Positions 8,474 through 16,528 of a DNA stretch of 27,220 bases are shown in pieces. The notes beneath the pieces were generated by a model. That model ran no database searches, was not told the origin of the DNA, and saw only the letters and a list, made by a program, of their open reading frames with translations. Origin of the DNA: a virus (lineage: Duplodnaviria > Caudoviricetes); the IMG/VR virus record IMGVR_UViG_3300042892_002367, positions 1 through 27,220 of that record; one strand, 5' to 3'. The position numbers were made by a program, and so were the translations under genes. The first letter of the stretch is position 1, and each line of letters starts with the position of its first letter.

Positions 8474-9680
8474 ACTATATTACATGGGCCTTGAAAGTTA
8501 TGAGGCCCGTTACACACTGCAACTAACAGAGTGGAATCGACGTGTGTTTGATCAGCGTGGCCTGGATGTGGTCTACGTGCCAGGCTCCACCATTGACAAC
8601 ACACAGAGCATCAGTGTTGGGCAGGTCTTGGACGCACATGGTCGCAGTTACTTCTCCATGAGCCAAATGATGAACTTGGTTCAGCTGATGAAGAATGGTG
8701 CGGTCACTGCAGAAGATGTCATCTACTTTGAAGACATGTTTCAACCTGGCATTGAAAGTCTTGGTTATATCATGGACCAGATTCCCGCAGAACAGCGTCC
8801 TCGCATTTATGTACGCTGTCTAGCACAGGCCATTGACCCCGATGACTTTGTGCATGTGTGGGGCATGGCCGGATGGATGAGTTTATATGAACAAATGGTC
8901 AATGAAATCGTATCTAAATCTAATGGTGGAGTTCTTGCCACCAACGAAGAAATGGTTGCACACATGCGTATTGCAGGTTGGACTGCTCCAATCTACAACA
9001 TATCAGGCCTGGCGTTTGGCAAAGAGGAAGTGCTGGAACGAATTGGTGGTAGTGCAAACATTCGACCATTTGAAGATCGTCCAAGCCGTGTGGGATTTGC
9101 CGCACGTTTTGACCAAGAAAAACAACCTGGCTTCTTCATGGACCTGATTGACATGTTCTATGATCAATACCCAGTAGTTGTGGAGTTCTGTATCTATTCT
9201 GGTGGACCATTGCGTAGCAACAATCCTGAGTATGTGACTCGTGCCAGGGCTATGGAAGCAGAGGGCAAGTTAAAAATCTACGACAACATCACCAAGAACG
9301 AATACTATGCTCATCTCAATAATACTCGTGTCCTATTTAATTGTGCTTTACAAGATTGGGTCTCAAACACAGTCAGTGAAGCCGATACTCTTGGTTGTAA
9401 TGTGTTATATCCTGCTTATCGCAGCTTTCCAGAAACTTTTGCCAATGATCCCAACAGGCTCTATGTTCCTTGGTCAATAGATGACGCTTACCACAAAATG
9501 CAAAACTTGCTACGAGCATCACATCACAACATGGGCTTGATCTCAGACTGGAACAATGGCACCGTGGATCGTGTGGTTGATATTATTACTGGTGGGGGTG
9601 AGCAATGGAATAGAGCAGGAGCACGATATCGTGACCATACTGCTGAAGCCAAATATCATGTGGTAAAGGTTGAAAAATGA
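8466..9680 (+). CDS. GT-B fold glycosyltransferase (GT4-like)
   Basis: GFAARFDQEKQP (GR..EK-like) and FNCALQDWVSNTVSEADTLGCNVLYP...FPE (E/D-x7-E nucleotide-sugar motif); 404 aa. Confidence 0.8.
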   Translation: MRKLYYMGLESYEARYTLQLTEWNRRVFDQRGLDVVYVPGSTIDNTQSISVGQVLDAHGRSYFSMSQMMNLVQLMKNGAVTAEDVIYFEDMFQPGIESLGYIMDQIPAEQRPRIYVRCLAQAIDPDDFVHVWGMAGWMSLYEQMVNEIVSKSNGGVLATNEEMVAHMRIAGWTAPIYNISGLAFGKEEVLERIGGSANIRPFEDRPSRVGFAARFDQEKQPGFFMDLIDMFYDQYPVVVEFCIYSGGPLRSNNPEYVTRARAMEAEGKLKIYDNITKNEYYAHLNNTRVLFNCALQDWVSNTVSEADTLGCNVLYPAYRSFPETFANDPNRLYVPWSIDDAYHKMQNLLRASHHNMGLISDWNNGTVDRVVDIITGGGEQWNRAGARYRDHTAEAKYHVVKVEK

Positions 9681-10417
9681 TTGTAAAAGGAAATGTAAAT
9701 GGATATGACAAAGATCGATTTAAACTTGATTTTGCCAGTCATAATATTTACTTAGAAGGAATCAAAAAAGACAAATCGCTTAACAGTGCTACCTTACAAT
9801 TTGATTCTTTTTTTCCTTTTAAAACAATGGTTGACCCAAAAATGGACAATGATCTTAGTACTCCAAGATTGATAAACTTGCAATTAAACTCAAGTTTTTC
9901 AATGGCACCGTTGTATTACTTAGATCTTTTACTAAAACAAAACCCAACTTCTATTATAGACATTGGGTGCGGCGCAAATATGTTCAAACGTATAATACCA
10001 TGTATTCATGGTATTGACCCTGTGCCCGACAATCCACATGCTGATGAAGTTGGGTCTTTTGATAGTGAATTTTCCCGAGCACACAAAGACGAATACGAAA
10101 GTGTATTTGCAATAAATTCAGTGCATTTTGTTTCGTTGAGCAATTTTGAAAAAAGAATGTTAGAGTTTATTAACATTGTAAAACCTGGTGGTCGAGGATT
10201 TGTAACTTTTAATGCCACTAGAATGCTAGAACTTACCAGCAAAGAAGAACTTGAACAGTTGTTTTCTACTCAAATAATAAACGGACCATTGGTAATTAAT
10301 TACGTTAGAAATATAATACAAAATATATCAGTAAAATTTTTAGTGATAGATTTATACATTGATAAAGAAATAAATGAAATAATGAATGGAAACATAAGAT
10401 TGGTATTTGAAAAATGA
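9677..10417 (+). CDS. Class I SAM-dependent methyltransferase, AT-rich
   Basis: IIDIGCG motif I, HGID motif II, VFAINSVHF, VKPGGRGF. Confidence 0.8.
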   Translation: MIVKGNVNGYDKDRFKLDFASHNIYLEGIKKDKSLNSATLQFDSFFPFKTMVDPKMDNDLSTPRLINLQLNSSFSMAPLYYLDLLLKQNPTSIIDIGCGANMFKRIIPCIHGIDPVPDNPHADEVGSFDSEFSRAHKDEYESVFAINSVHFVSLSNFEKRMLEFINIVKPGGRGFVTFNATRMLELTSKEELEQLFSTQIINGPLVINYVRNIIQNISVKFLVIDLYIDKEINEIMNGNIRLVFEK

Positions 10418-11376
10418 AAAAAACTATTGTTGTTACAGGTGCTGCTGGTTACATTGGAGGACAAACTGCATTGATGTTGTCCGATTTGGGACATCGTGTT
10501 GTGGGCATTGACAAAAACAGATGCCCCAAGCGACTAAAGTCAGTGTTTCATGACTACATCGAAAAAGATTTCTCCCACAAAGACGCCTTGGTCAAACTGT
10601 TGATACACGAACCTAGTGCTATTGTTCACTGTGCCGCCACCAGTTTGGTTGGACCAAGCATCCGACATCCAGGTCGTTACTTTGAAAACAATGTGGTTAA
10701 CACACTCACACTGTTGGATCAAGTACGCAGAAGCATGCCCAAGACCAGAGTTATTTTCAGTAGCAGTGCCGCAGTGTATGGCGAGCCTATTATGACTCCA
10801 TGCCATGAAGTAGATCCTTGTGAACCCATATCACCTTACGGTGACAGCAAACTCATGGTAGAAAAAATTCTATCAGCATATCACACAGCCTACAATTTGG
10901 ATTATGTGGCATTTCGTTATTTCAATGCCTGTGGGGCTGATAGTCAAACCAGACACGGACAAACTGAAGATGCCACACACATCTTTGCTCGTGTGTTGGG
11001 TGCCATTAGAGATGATGCAGAATTTACATTAAACGGTGTAGACTTTGCCACACCAGATGGCACTTGTGTGCGTGACTATGTGCATGTGGAAGACATTGCT
11101 CGAGCACATGTCATGGCTCTAGATGAGGAGATTCCATCAGGTGTATACAATCTAGGCTCCAACAACGGAACCAGCAATAGAGAAATCATTGCCGCAGCCG
11201 AACGTGTGACTGGAAAGAAATTAAAAGTTGTCATGGGTGCTGCTAGACCAGGAGATCCTGCTGTGCTCACAGCAAGTGCTGCCAAGTTTGGCATGGTTGG
11301 TGAAGGGTGGAGACAATTTGAATTAGACCACATGATCCAACACGCATGGAACTGGTATGTTCGAAAAGATTCTTGA
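10414..11376 (+). CDS. galE: UDP-glucose 4-epimerase (extended SDR)
   Basis: VTGAAGYIG, FSSSAAVYG, PYGDSK (YxxxK), RYFNACGA, DGTCVRDYVHVED, RPGDP. Confidence 0.93.
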   Translation: MKKTIVVTGAAGYIGGQTALMLSDLGHRVVGIDKNRCPKRLKSVFHDYIEKDFSHKDALVKLLIHEPSAIVHCAATSLVGPSIRHPGRYFENNVVNTLTLLDQVRRSMPKTRVIFSSSAAVYGEPIMTPCHEVDPCEPISPYGDSKLMVEKILSAYHTAYNLDYVAFRYFNACGADSQTRHGQTEDATHIFARVLGAIRDDAEFTLNGVDFATPDGTCVRDYVHVEDIARAHVMALDEEIPSGVYNLGSNNGTSNREIIAAAERVTGKKLKVVMGAARPGDPAVLTASAAKFGMVGEGWRQFELDHMIQHAWNWYVRKDS

Positions 11377-11947
11377 GTTTGAATCTCGGCTGGCCAAGTT
11401 CACTGGAGCCCCACGTGCTATAATGACTGATTGTTGTACCCATGCAATTGAACTTTGCATGCGGTATGACCGTGTGGAGTACTGTGCATTTACTCCATTT
11501 ACCTATTTGAGCATACCCATGCTTATGCACAAGTTAGGCATCAAGTATCACTATGAAGTTGGTACACCTGCTCAATGGATAGGTGAATATCGATTTAGAA
11601 AAACAAGAATCTGGGACAGTGCCAGGCGACTAGAACAAGACATGTATCGTCATGGACAAATACAATGCTTGAGTTTTGGGCACGACAAACCTTTGTCTAT
11701 AGGACGTGGTGGTGCTATATTGCTGGACGACGAGGATGCATATCAGGCTATTCTACGCATGCGATATGATGGACGCGATTTGACTGTCAAACCTTGGCCT
11801 GTACAAAAAGAGTTCCGTGTGGGATATCATTACAAGCCCACTGTTGAAGAAGCAGAACGTGGAATGAAACTACTAAAACGTTATGTCAGTGAGCCGCCAC
11901 GCACTGTTGAATATCCTGACTGTAGACAAATACGCATTGTTGAATGA
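11357..11947 (+). CDS. Short DegT/DnrJ/EryC1/StrS-like PLP aminotransferase
   Basis: FESRLAKFTG...CTHAIEL, TPFTY, WDSA, SFGHDKPLSIGRGGAIL (PLP Lys motif), RYDG, GYHY; only 196 aa. Confidence 0.75.
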   Translation: MFEKILEFESRLAKFTGAPRAIMTDCCTHAIELCMRYDRVEYCAFTPFTYLSIPMLMHKLGIKYHYEVGTPAQWIGEYRFRKTRIWDSARRLEQDMYRHGQIQCLSFGHDKPLSIGRGGAILLDDEDAYQAILRMRYDGRDLTVKPWPVQKEFRVGYHYKPTVEEAERGMKLLKRYVSEPPRTVEYPDCRQIRIVE

Positions 11948-12978
11948 GTTGCATAGTTCGCAATAGGCCAGGCATGTTGCAATATGGCGCGGCACATTAC
12001 GTCACAGATCAAATGCACATGCCAGGCTATTGTGAACAGCAGATTGTGGATGACTGCAACCGCAGTGGCATCAGTTCAGAAGAGTTTGCACAAAGCAAAA
12101 TTGTACTGTCGTTCCTAGACGAAGGGTTTGGTCCTGCAGAAATACAGCCATTAACTAATATACTATTGCGAACACACCCTGGTAAATTTATAGTATTGTT
12201 CAACGCACATGTAGCAGTTGATCAATTGCCTTATACAGCTAGATGTTTTACTGCCTGGTTGATCAATCGCAGTGAGTACAAGTTAGATCAACTCCGCTAT
12301 GACTTTGGCATTGCTCTTGATCGCAAGTTTTTGTGTTTGTTGCGCAGGCCCACACTGAATCGAGCAAGACTTGCACGTTTCTTTTTAGACAACATAGGGT
12401 CGGACACAGTTAGATTAAGTTTTGGCAGTGGAGCACAGGGCGGACTTGACCAATATCGAGATGTTGTGGGTGTAGATTTGCCCCTGCTGGTAGATGGTGT
12501 ATTAACAGATCGTGTGCAAGAGTTTGATGTTACCAACCCCATATTTCATTCATGTTTGTTTAACATAGTGGCAGAGACCAGCAGTCAAACTGAAGCAAAC
12601 TGGCGCAGTGTGTTTCTTACTGAAAAGACTTGGAAGGCGGTCATGCAGCGTCAAATGCCCATATGGTATGGTGTACCAGGCCTAGTCGAACATGTTAGAT
12701 CATTGGGGTTTGATACATTTGATGACATACTTGGCGGCCATCAATATGATGCTATCCAAGACGAAACCCAAAGACACCAATCCGTATTTGATCTAATACG
12801 CCAAATCAACAATCAATACAGTTTGACAGATTGCCAAACACTACGCCAACAACTACAACCAAGGTTTGAAGCCAACTTTGAACAACTGTTACACTACTTT
12901 CGAACAAACAGACGACAAGTTTTTAATGCTGTGTTAGAGTTTGATTATCAAACAGGCTTGACCACAAGATCTAAATAG
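11944..12978 (+). CDS. Putative glycosyltransferase-like protein (GT10/fucosyltransferase-like C-terminus)
   Basis: KFLCLLRR...R, FNIVAET, FLTEKTWK, PIWYG, LGFDTF; paralog at 24375-25310. Confidence 0.5.
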   Translation: MSCIVRNRPGMLQYGAAHYVTDQMHMPGYCEQQIVDDCNRSGISSEEFAQSKIVLSFLDEGFGPAEIQPLTNILLRTHPGKFIVLFNAHVAVDQLPYTARCFTAWLINRSEYKLDQLRYDFGIALDRKFLCLLRRPTLNRARLARFFLDNIGSDTVRLSFGSGAQGGLDQYRDVVGVDLPLLVDGVLTDRVQEFDVTNPIFHSCLFNIVAETSSQTEANWRSVFLTEKTWKAVMQRQMPIWYGVPGLVEHVRSLGFDTFDDILGGHQYDAIQDETQRHQSVFDLIRQINNQYSLTDCQTLRQQLQPRFEANFEQLLHYFRTNRRQVFNAVLEFDYQTGLTTRSK

Positions 12979-12986
12979 TGTACAAT
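12958..12986 (+). promoter_or_regulatory. sigma70-type promoter for folE, with a TAAATA box in its spacer
   Basis: TTGACC (12958-12963) - 17 nt - TACAAT (12981-12986); TAAATA at 12972-12977; GGAG SD before ATG 13004. Confidence 0.7.
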
Positions 12987-13003
12987 CACACACTGGAGTA
13001 ACA

Positions 13004-13699
13004 ATGCAAGAAAAAAATTTATCCCAAATACTTAGAGAACAAATGAAGACTCGAGGTCAACGCTTCTGGGCTGGCGATAATATCAGCGATTACATGAGCG
13101 ATGCCATCAAAGAAAAACTCATTGACGAAGCCACAGTGGCATTTGAAGGTGTGTTGGATGCATTGCTGATTGATCGAGAAAACGATCCCAACAGCAAGGG
13201 CACAGCACGCCGCTTGGCCAAGATGTACTACAACGAAATAATGGCAGGAAGATATGAACCGGCACCAGACGCAACAGCATTTCCAAATGATTCAACAGAT
13301 CGTTACGAAGGTATGCTTGTGGTACGTAGTGAGCTACGAAGTATGTGTTCTCATCATCATCAGCCTGTCACTGGGGTTGCCTACATCGGTATTATTGCCG
13401 CTAATAAACTTATTGGTCTCAGCAAGTATACCAGAATAGCACAGTGGTGCGCCCGTCGCGGTACACTACAGGAAGAACTCTGCATAGACATAGCCAATGA
13501 AATCATGGCAGCGACTGCGTCAAAGGACGTTGGTGTGTATATTCAAGCAGTGCATGGATGCTGTGAGAATCGTGGCATCATGGCACACTCCAGCCTAACA
13601 CAGACCACTGTGTTGCGTGGTGCATTCAAAGATGACGACAGTGTGAAAAAAGAGTTCATGGACAATATCAAATTACAACAGGAGTTTGCACCAAGATGA
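13004..13699 (+). CDS. folE: GTP cyclohydrolase I
   Basis: TARRLAKMY, SMCSHHHQP, IGLSKYTR, LQEEL, HGCCENRG, TTVLRGAF. Confidence 0.96.
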   Translation: MQEKNLSQILREQMKTRGQRFWAGDNISDYMSDAIKEKLIDEATVAFEGVLDALLIDRENDPNSKGTARRLAKMYYNEIMAGRYEPAPDATAFPNDSTDRYEGMLVVRSELRSMCSHHHQPVTGVAYIGIIAANKLIGLSKYTRIAQWCARRGTLQEELCIDIANEIMAATASKDVGVYIQAVHGCCENRGIMAHSSLTQTTVLRGAFKDDDSVKKEFMDNIKLQQEFAPR

Positions 13700-13812
13700 T
13701 GTACATTACAAACATAACCGGTGAAATTAAATTGCCCTGGGAACCAGGGTTGTTGGAGTGGTTGCACGAAAATTATCCTGCAAGCAAATATAGAGTGGTA
13801 GAATTAACTTAA
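13696..13812 (+). CDS. Small 38-aa protein not in the ORF track (MMYITNITGEIKLPWEPGLLEWLHENYPASKYRVVELT)
   Basis: ATGA overlap with the folE stop; its TAA forms part of the next gene's TAAGGAG SD; it exactly fills the gap. Confidence 0.6.
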   Translation: MMYITNITGEIKLPWEPGLLEWLHENYPASKYRVVELT

Positions 13813-13817
13813 GGAGA

Positions 13818-14018
13818 ATGAGCATGGCAAAGAAATTAAGCAAACTGGACAAAGTAAACGAATCAATCACTGTGAACCGTTATGACAATGGCTTCATGGT
13901 GGAAGTAGGCGGACGTGACAAAGAAAACGACTGGAAAACCGCCAAAGTTCTTTGCAGCACAGAAGCAGAAATGCTTGACGTGGTCAAAGAGTGGAACTCA
14001 ATGGAAATCGACTCTTAA
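13818..14018 (+). CDS. Hypothetical protein
   Basis: TAAGGAG SD; 66 aa (alternative start 13824). Confidence 0.75.
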   Translation: MSMAKKLSKLDKVNESITVNRYDNGFMVEVGGRDKENDWKTAKVLCSTEAEMLDVVKEWNSMEIDS

Positions 14019-14027
14019 GGAACTGCT

Positions 14028-14675
14028 ATGGCTGTTTGGGAACTATCAACTGAATACAAAAAGAATGCCGTTGAAGTACAACTGTGGTACAAGGATGGTG
14101 TCACTATCAAGAAAATTGAAGGCTATCGTTGGGGCACTTTCTATTGTGAAAGCGACGAGCGTCCTGACATTGACTTACGCAACCCCGACGGCTACGAACT
14201 AGCAGACTATGATTGGGAACTAGACAGCCTGGATGATGGCTGCTGGAGTGAATGGCAATACCCTGATTCTGTGTCAGCAGAAGAACGTGAACAGATTGAA
14301 GCAGCCTGGGATGAAAACTGGTACGAAGGCATGGAAGACTTGGGTTGGAGCAACGATGACACCGAGTATCACTTTGAAGGTCCACTGAAGTTGGTAAACC
14401 GGGATACCGGTGAAGAGTTTTCAGTATTGGATGAAAATTTCAACATCATTCCTGAACCAGAATGGGATCCTGCGGCAGAACTTGACAAGCTCGAACTCCC
14501 ATTGACTGAATGGTTTCCTTCGGACATTAATCCTGTACACGAAGGCCGCTACCAAATCAATGACAACAAAAATCCACAATGGCCATTCCCAACGTATGCA
14601 GACTGGGATGGCAACAAATGGAGTGAAGACAGCATTGAGAAGTGGCGCGGCTTAGCCCAGGATCCTAACAAATGA
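14028..14675 (+). CDS. Highly acidic, Trp-rich hypothetical protein
   Basis: AAGGA SD; 215 aa with very many D/E and W residues. Confidence 0.75.
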   Translation: MAVWELSTEYKKNAVEVQLWYKDGVTIKKIEGYRWGTFYCESDERPDIDLRNPDGYELADYDWELDSLDDGCWSEWQYPDSVSAEEREQIEAAWDENWYEGMEDLGWSNDDTEYHFEGPLKLVNRDTGEEFSVLDENFNIIPEPEWDPAAELDKLELPLTEWFPSDINPVHEGRYQINDNKNPQWPFPTYADWDGNKWSEDSIEKWRGLAQDPNK

Positions 14676-15073
14676 AGTATGAAACATTAAAAGAAGCACA
14701 GACCGCAGGTGTAGCACCTTGGGACTTGGAAGTTGATCGACTGTCAGATTTTCATGTGGCAGTTTTTCAAGACCGATATCCAGTGGCACAAGGCCACCTG
14801 TTGTTTGTACCACAATACAACACAGACGCTGTAATCTCGGATTGTTTTGAGTCAGCCATGCGTGAAGGCCGCAGAATGGTTGATGCTGGTGAATGTGACG
14901 CATTCAACATAGGTATCAACATGGGTGCGGCTGCAGGACAAACTGTGATGTATCCACATGTGCATTTGATTCCCAGACAGCATGGCGACTGTGCTGATCC
15001 TGTGGGCGGCGTGCGTGGAGTAATCTTGGGACAAGCCAACTACAAAGCCAGCGGCTATCAACAGCCAACATAA
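14672..15073 (+). CDS. HIT family nucleotide hydrolase
   Basis: DRYPVAQGHLLFVP, FNIGINMGAAAGQTV, PHVHLIPR. Confidence 0.9.
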   Translation: MKYETLKEAQTAGVAPWDLEVDRLSDFHVAVFQDRYPVAQGHLLFVPQYNTDAVISDCFESAMREGRRMVDAGECDAFNIGINMGAAAGQTVMYPHVHLIPRQHGDCADPVGGVRGVILGQANYKASGYQQPT

Positions 15074-15106
15074 GTACAGTTCAGCGGCCTTTGAGCATCA
15101 TCCCGC

Positions 15107-15135
15107 TATACAAATTCTGCTGCCTATGCTAAAAT
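15107..15135 (+). promoter_or_regulatory. Extended -10 promoter for queD overlapping an SD-sequestering hairpin
   Basis: TG-C-TAAAAT (15127-15135) with TATACA 17 nt upstream of the -10; CCTATG/CATAGG inverted repeat covers the first half of the AGGAG SD. Confidence 0.5.
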
Positions 15136-15153
15136 TAACATAGGAGAAAAAGC

Positions 15154-15687
15154 ATGTCACAAGATCAATACGAAACAGGACACCGTTGGTTGTCAGCAAG
15201 ACAATACAAGTACACATCAACCAAAGAATATCACGATGCATTTCCGTGTGCGTATCGCCAATGGCGAGCAGACAGCCATTGCAATTTGATTCATGGTTAT
15301 AGTTTTAGCATGAAGTTCTATTTTGGCACAGACAACTTGGACGCACGTAACTGGGCCGCTGACTATGGTGGTCTCAAAGAACTCAAGTCAGTGTTGGAAA
15401 GTCAATTTGATCATACATTGCTGGTGTCAGAAGACGATCCTGAACTGGAACTGTATTTGGAAATGCAACGCAGAAACATTGCCAAACTAACTATATTACC
15501 CAAACTAGGATGTGAAGGACTGGCTGACCAACTGTACAAGTATGTCAACGGTGTGTACATTCCTGACATGTGGGGTGTTGGAGAAGCAGAACGTCTTTGG
15601 TGTTATCGCGTGGAAGTACGTGAAACACAAAGCAACATGGCTTTTAGAGAAGGCCATAGAGAATGGAATGAGGATTTATTTGCATGA
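15154..15687 (+). CDS. queD: 6-carboxy-5,6,7,8-tetrahydropterin synthase (variant)
   Basis: HCNLIHGY (CxxxHG), DYGGLK, QFDHTLL, GCEGLA, VEVRET; AGGAG SD. Confidence 0.85.
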   Translation: MSQDQYETGHRWLSARQYKYTSTKEYHDAFPCAYRQWRADSHCNLIHGYSFSMKFYFGTDNLDARNWAADYGGLKELKSVLESQFDHTLLVSEDDPELELYLEMQRRNIAKLTILPKLGCEGLADQLYKYVNGVYIPDMWGVGEAERLWCYRVEVRETQSNMAFREGHREWNEDLFA

Positions 15688-16517
15688 CACCTGAGTACGA
15701 TATTGCAATGCTGTTGGCCACACGAGGTCGCACCGAAAGCCTGGGCCGCAGTGTTCGCAGCCTGATCAAATTTGCAGACCATCCCGAACGTTTGCAGTTG
15801 ATGTTTGCGTTTGACAATGACGACTCAGCAGGTACCGAATACTTCCGCACAGAACTACAACCGTGGTTGGATGAACAAGAACTCAGTTATACTGCCATGC
15901 AGTTTGAACGCCAAGGCTATCACCGCCTGCACATCTACAACAACAAACTGGCTGAGCATACAGATGCTCGCTGGCTGATGATCTGGAACGATGATGCTGT
16001 GATGGAGACCCAGAGTTGGGACACAGAGATCATGAACCGTGAAGGCCAGTTCAAACTGCTGGCATTTCACACTCACCTGGATCATCCCTACAGCATTTTC
16101 CCAATCTTGCCACGCCGGTGGTATGAACTGTTGGGTTACATCTCCCCACATTCGGTGCAAGATGGCTGGCTGAGCCAGCAGGCTTACATGCTGGATATCT
16201 GGGAACGCATACCTGTGTGGGTGTTGCATGATCGTGCTGACATCACAGGCAACAACAATGATGCCACATTTCGAGAACGTGCATCACTGGAAGGTCGTCC
16301 ATTTGACGAAGCAGATTTTCACAGTCGTACACAGATTGAATTGCGTCATAGAGACTGTGCCAAGTTGGCCACCTACATGCGGGACAATGGTATCAGTACC
16401 GAGTTCTTTGAAAACATTTTCAAAGGCACACAAGATCCTTGGGAGAAGTTGGCCAAGAATGATGTAAACAAGCAGATGGTACAGTTTGACAATCCACACA
16501 AGCACTTTGCCAAATGA
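15684..16517 (+). CDS. GT-A fold glycosyltransferase (GT2-like)
   Basis: IAMLLATRGR N-terminal strand, FAFDNDD, YNNKLA, WLMIWNDDA (DxD-like), QDGWL; ATGA overlap with queD. Confidence 0.75.
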   Translation: MTPEYDIAMLLATRGRTESLGRSVRSLIKFADHPERLQLMFAFDNDDSAGTEYFRTELQPWLDEQELSYTAMQFERQGYHRLHIYNNKLAEHTDARWLMIWNDDAVMETQSWDTEIMNREGQFKLLAFHTHLDHPYSIFPILPRRWYELLGYISPHSVQDGWLSQQAYMLDIWERIPVWVLHDRADITGNNNDATFRERASLEGRPFDEADFHSRTQIELRHRDCAKLATYMRDNGISTEFFENIFKGTQDPWEKLAKNDVNKQMVQFDNPHKHFAK

Positions 16518-16528
16518 TTAAATACTAA

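Noticed and set aside
15074-15153. Canonical preQ1-I riboswitch or tRNA
   Set aside because: No preQ1-I consensus loop or A-rich tail, and no cloverleaf; kept only as an unclassified structured leader.
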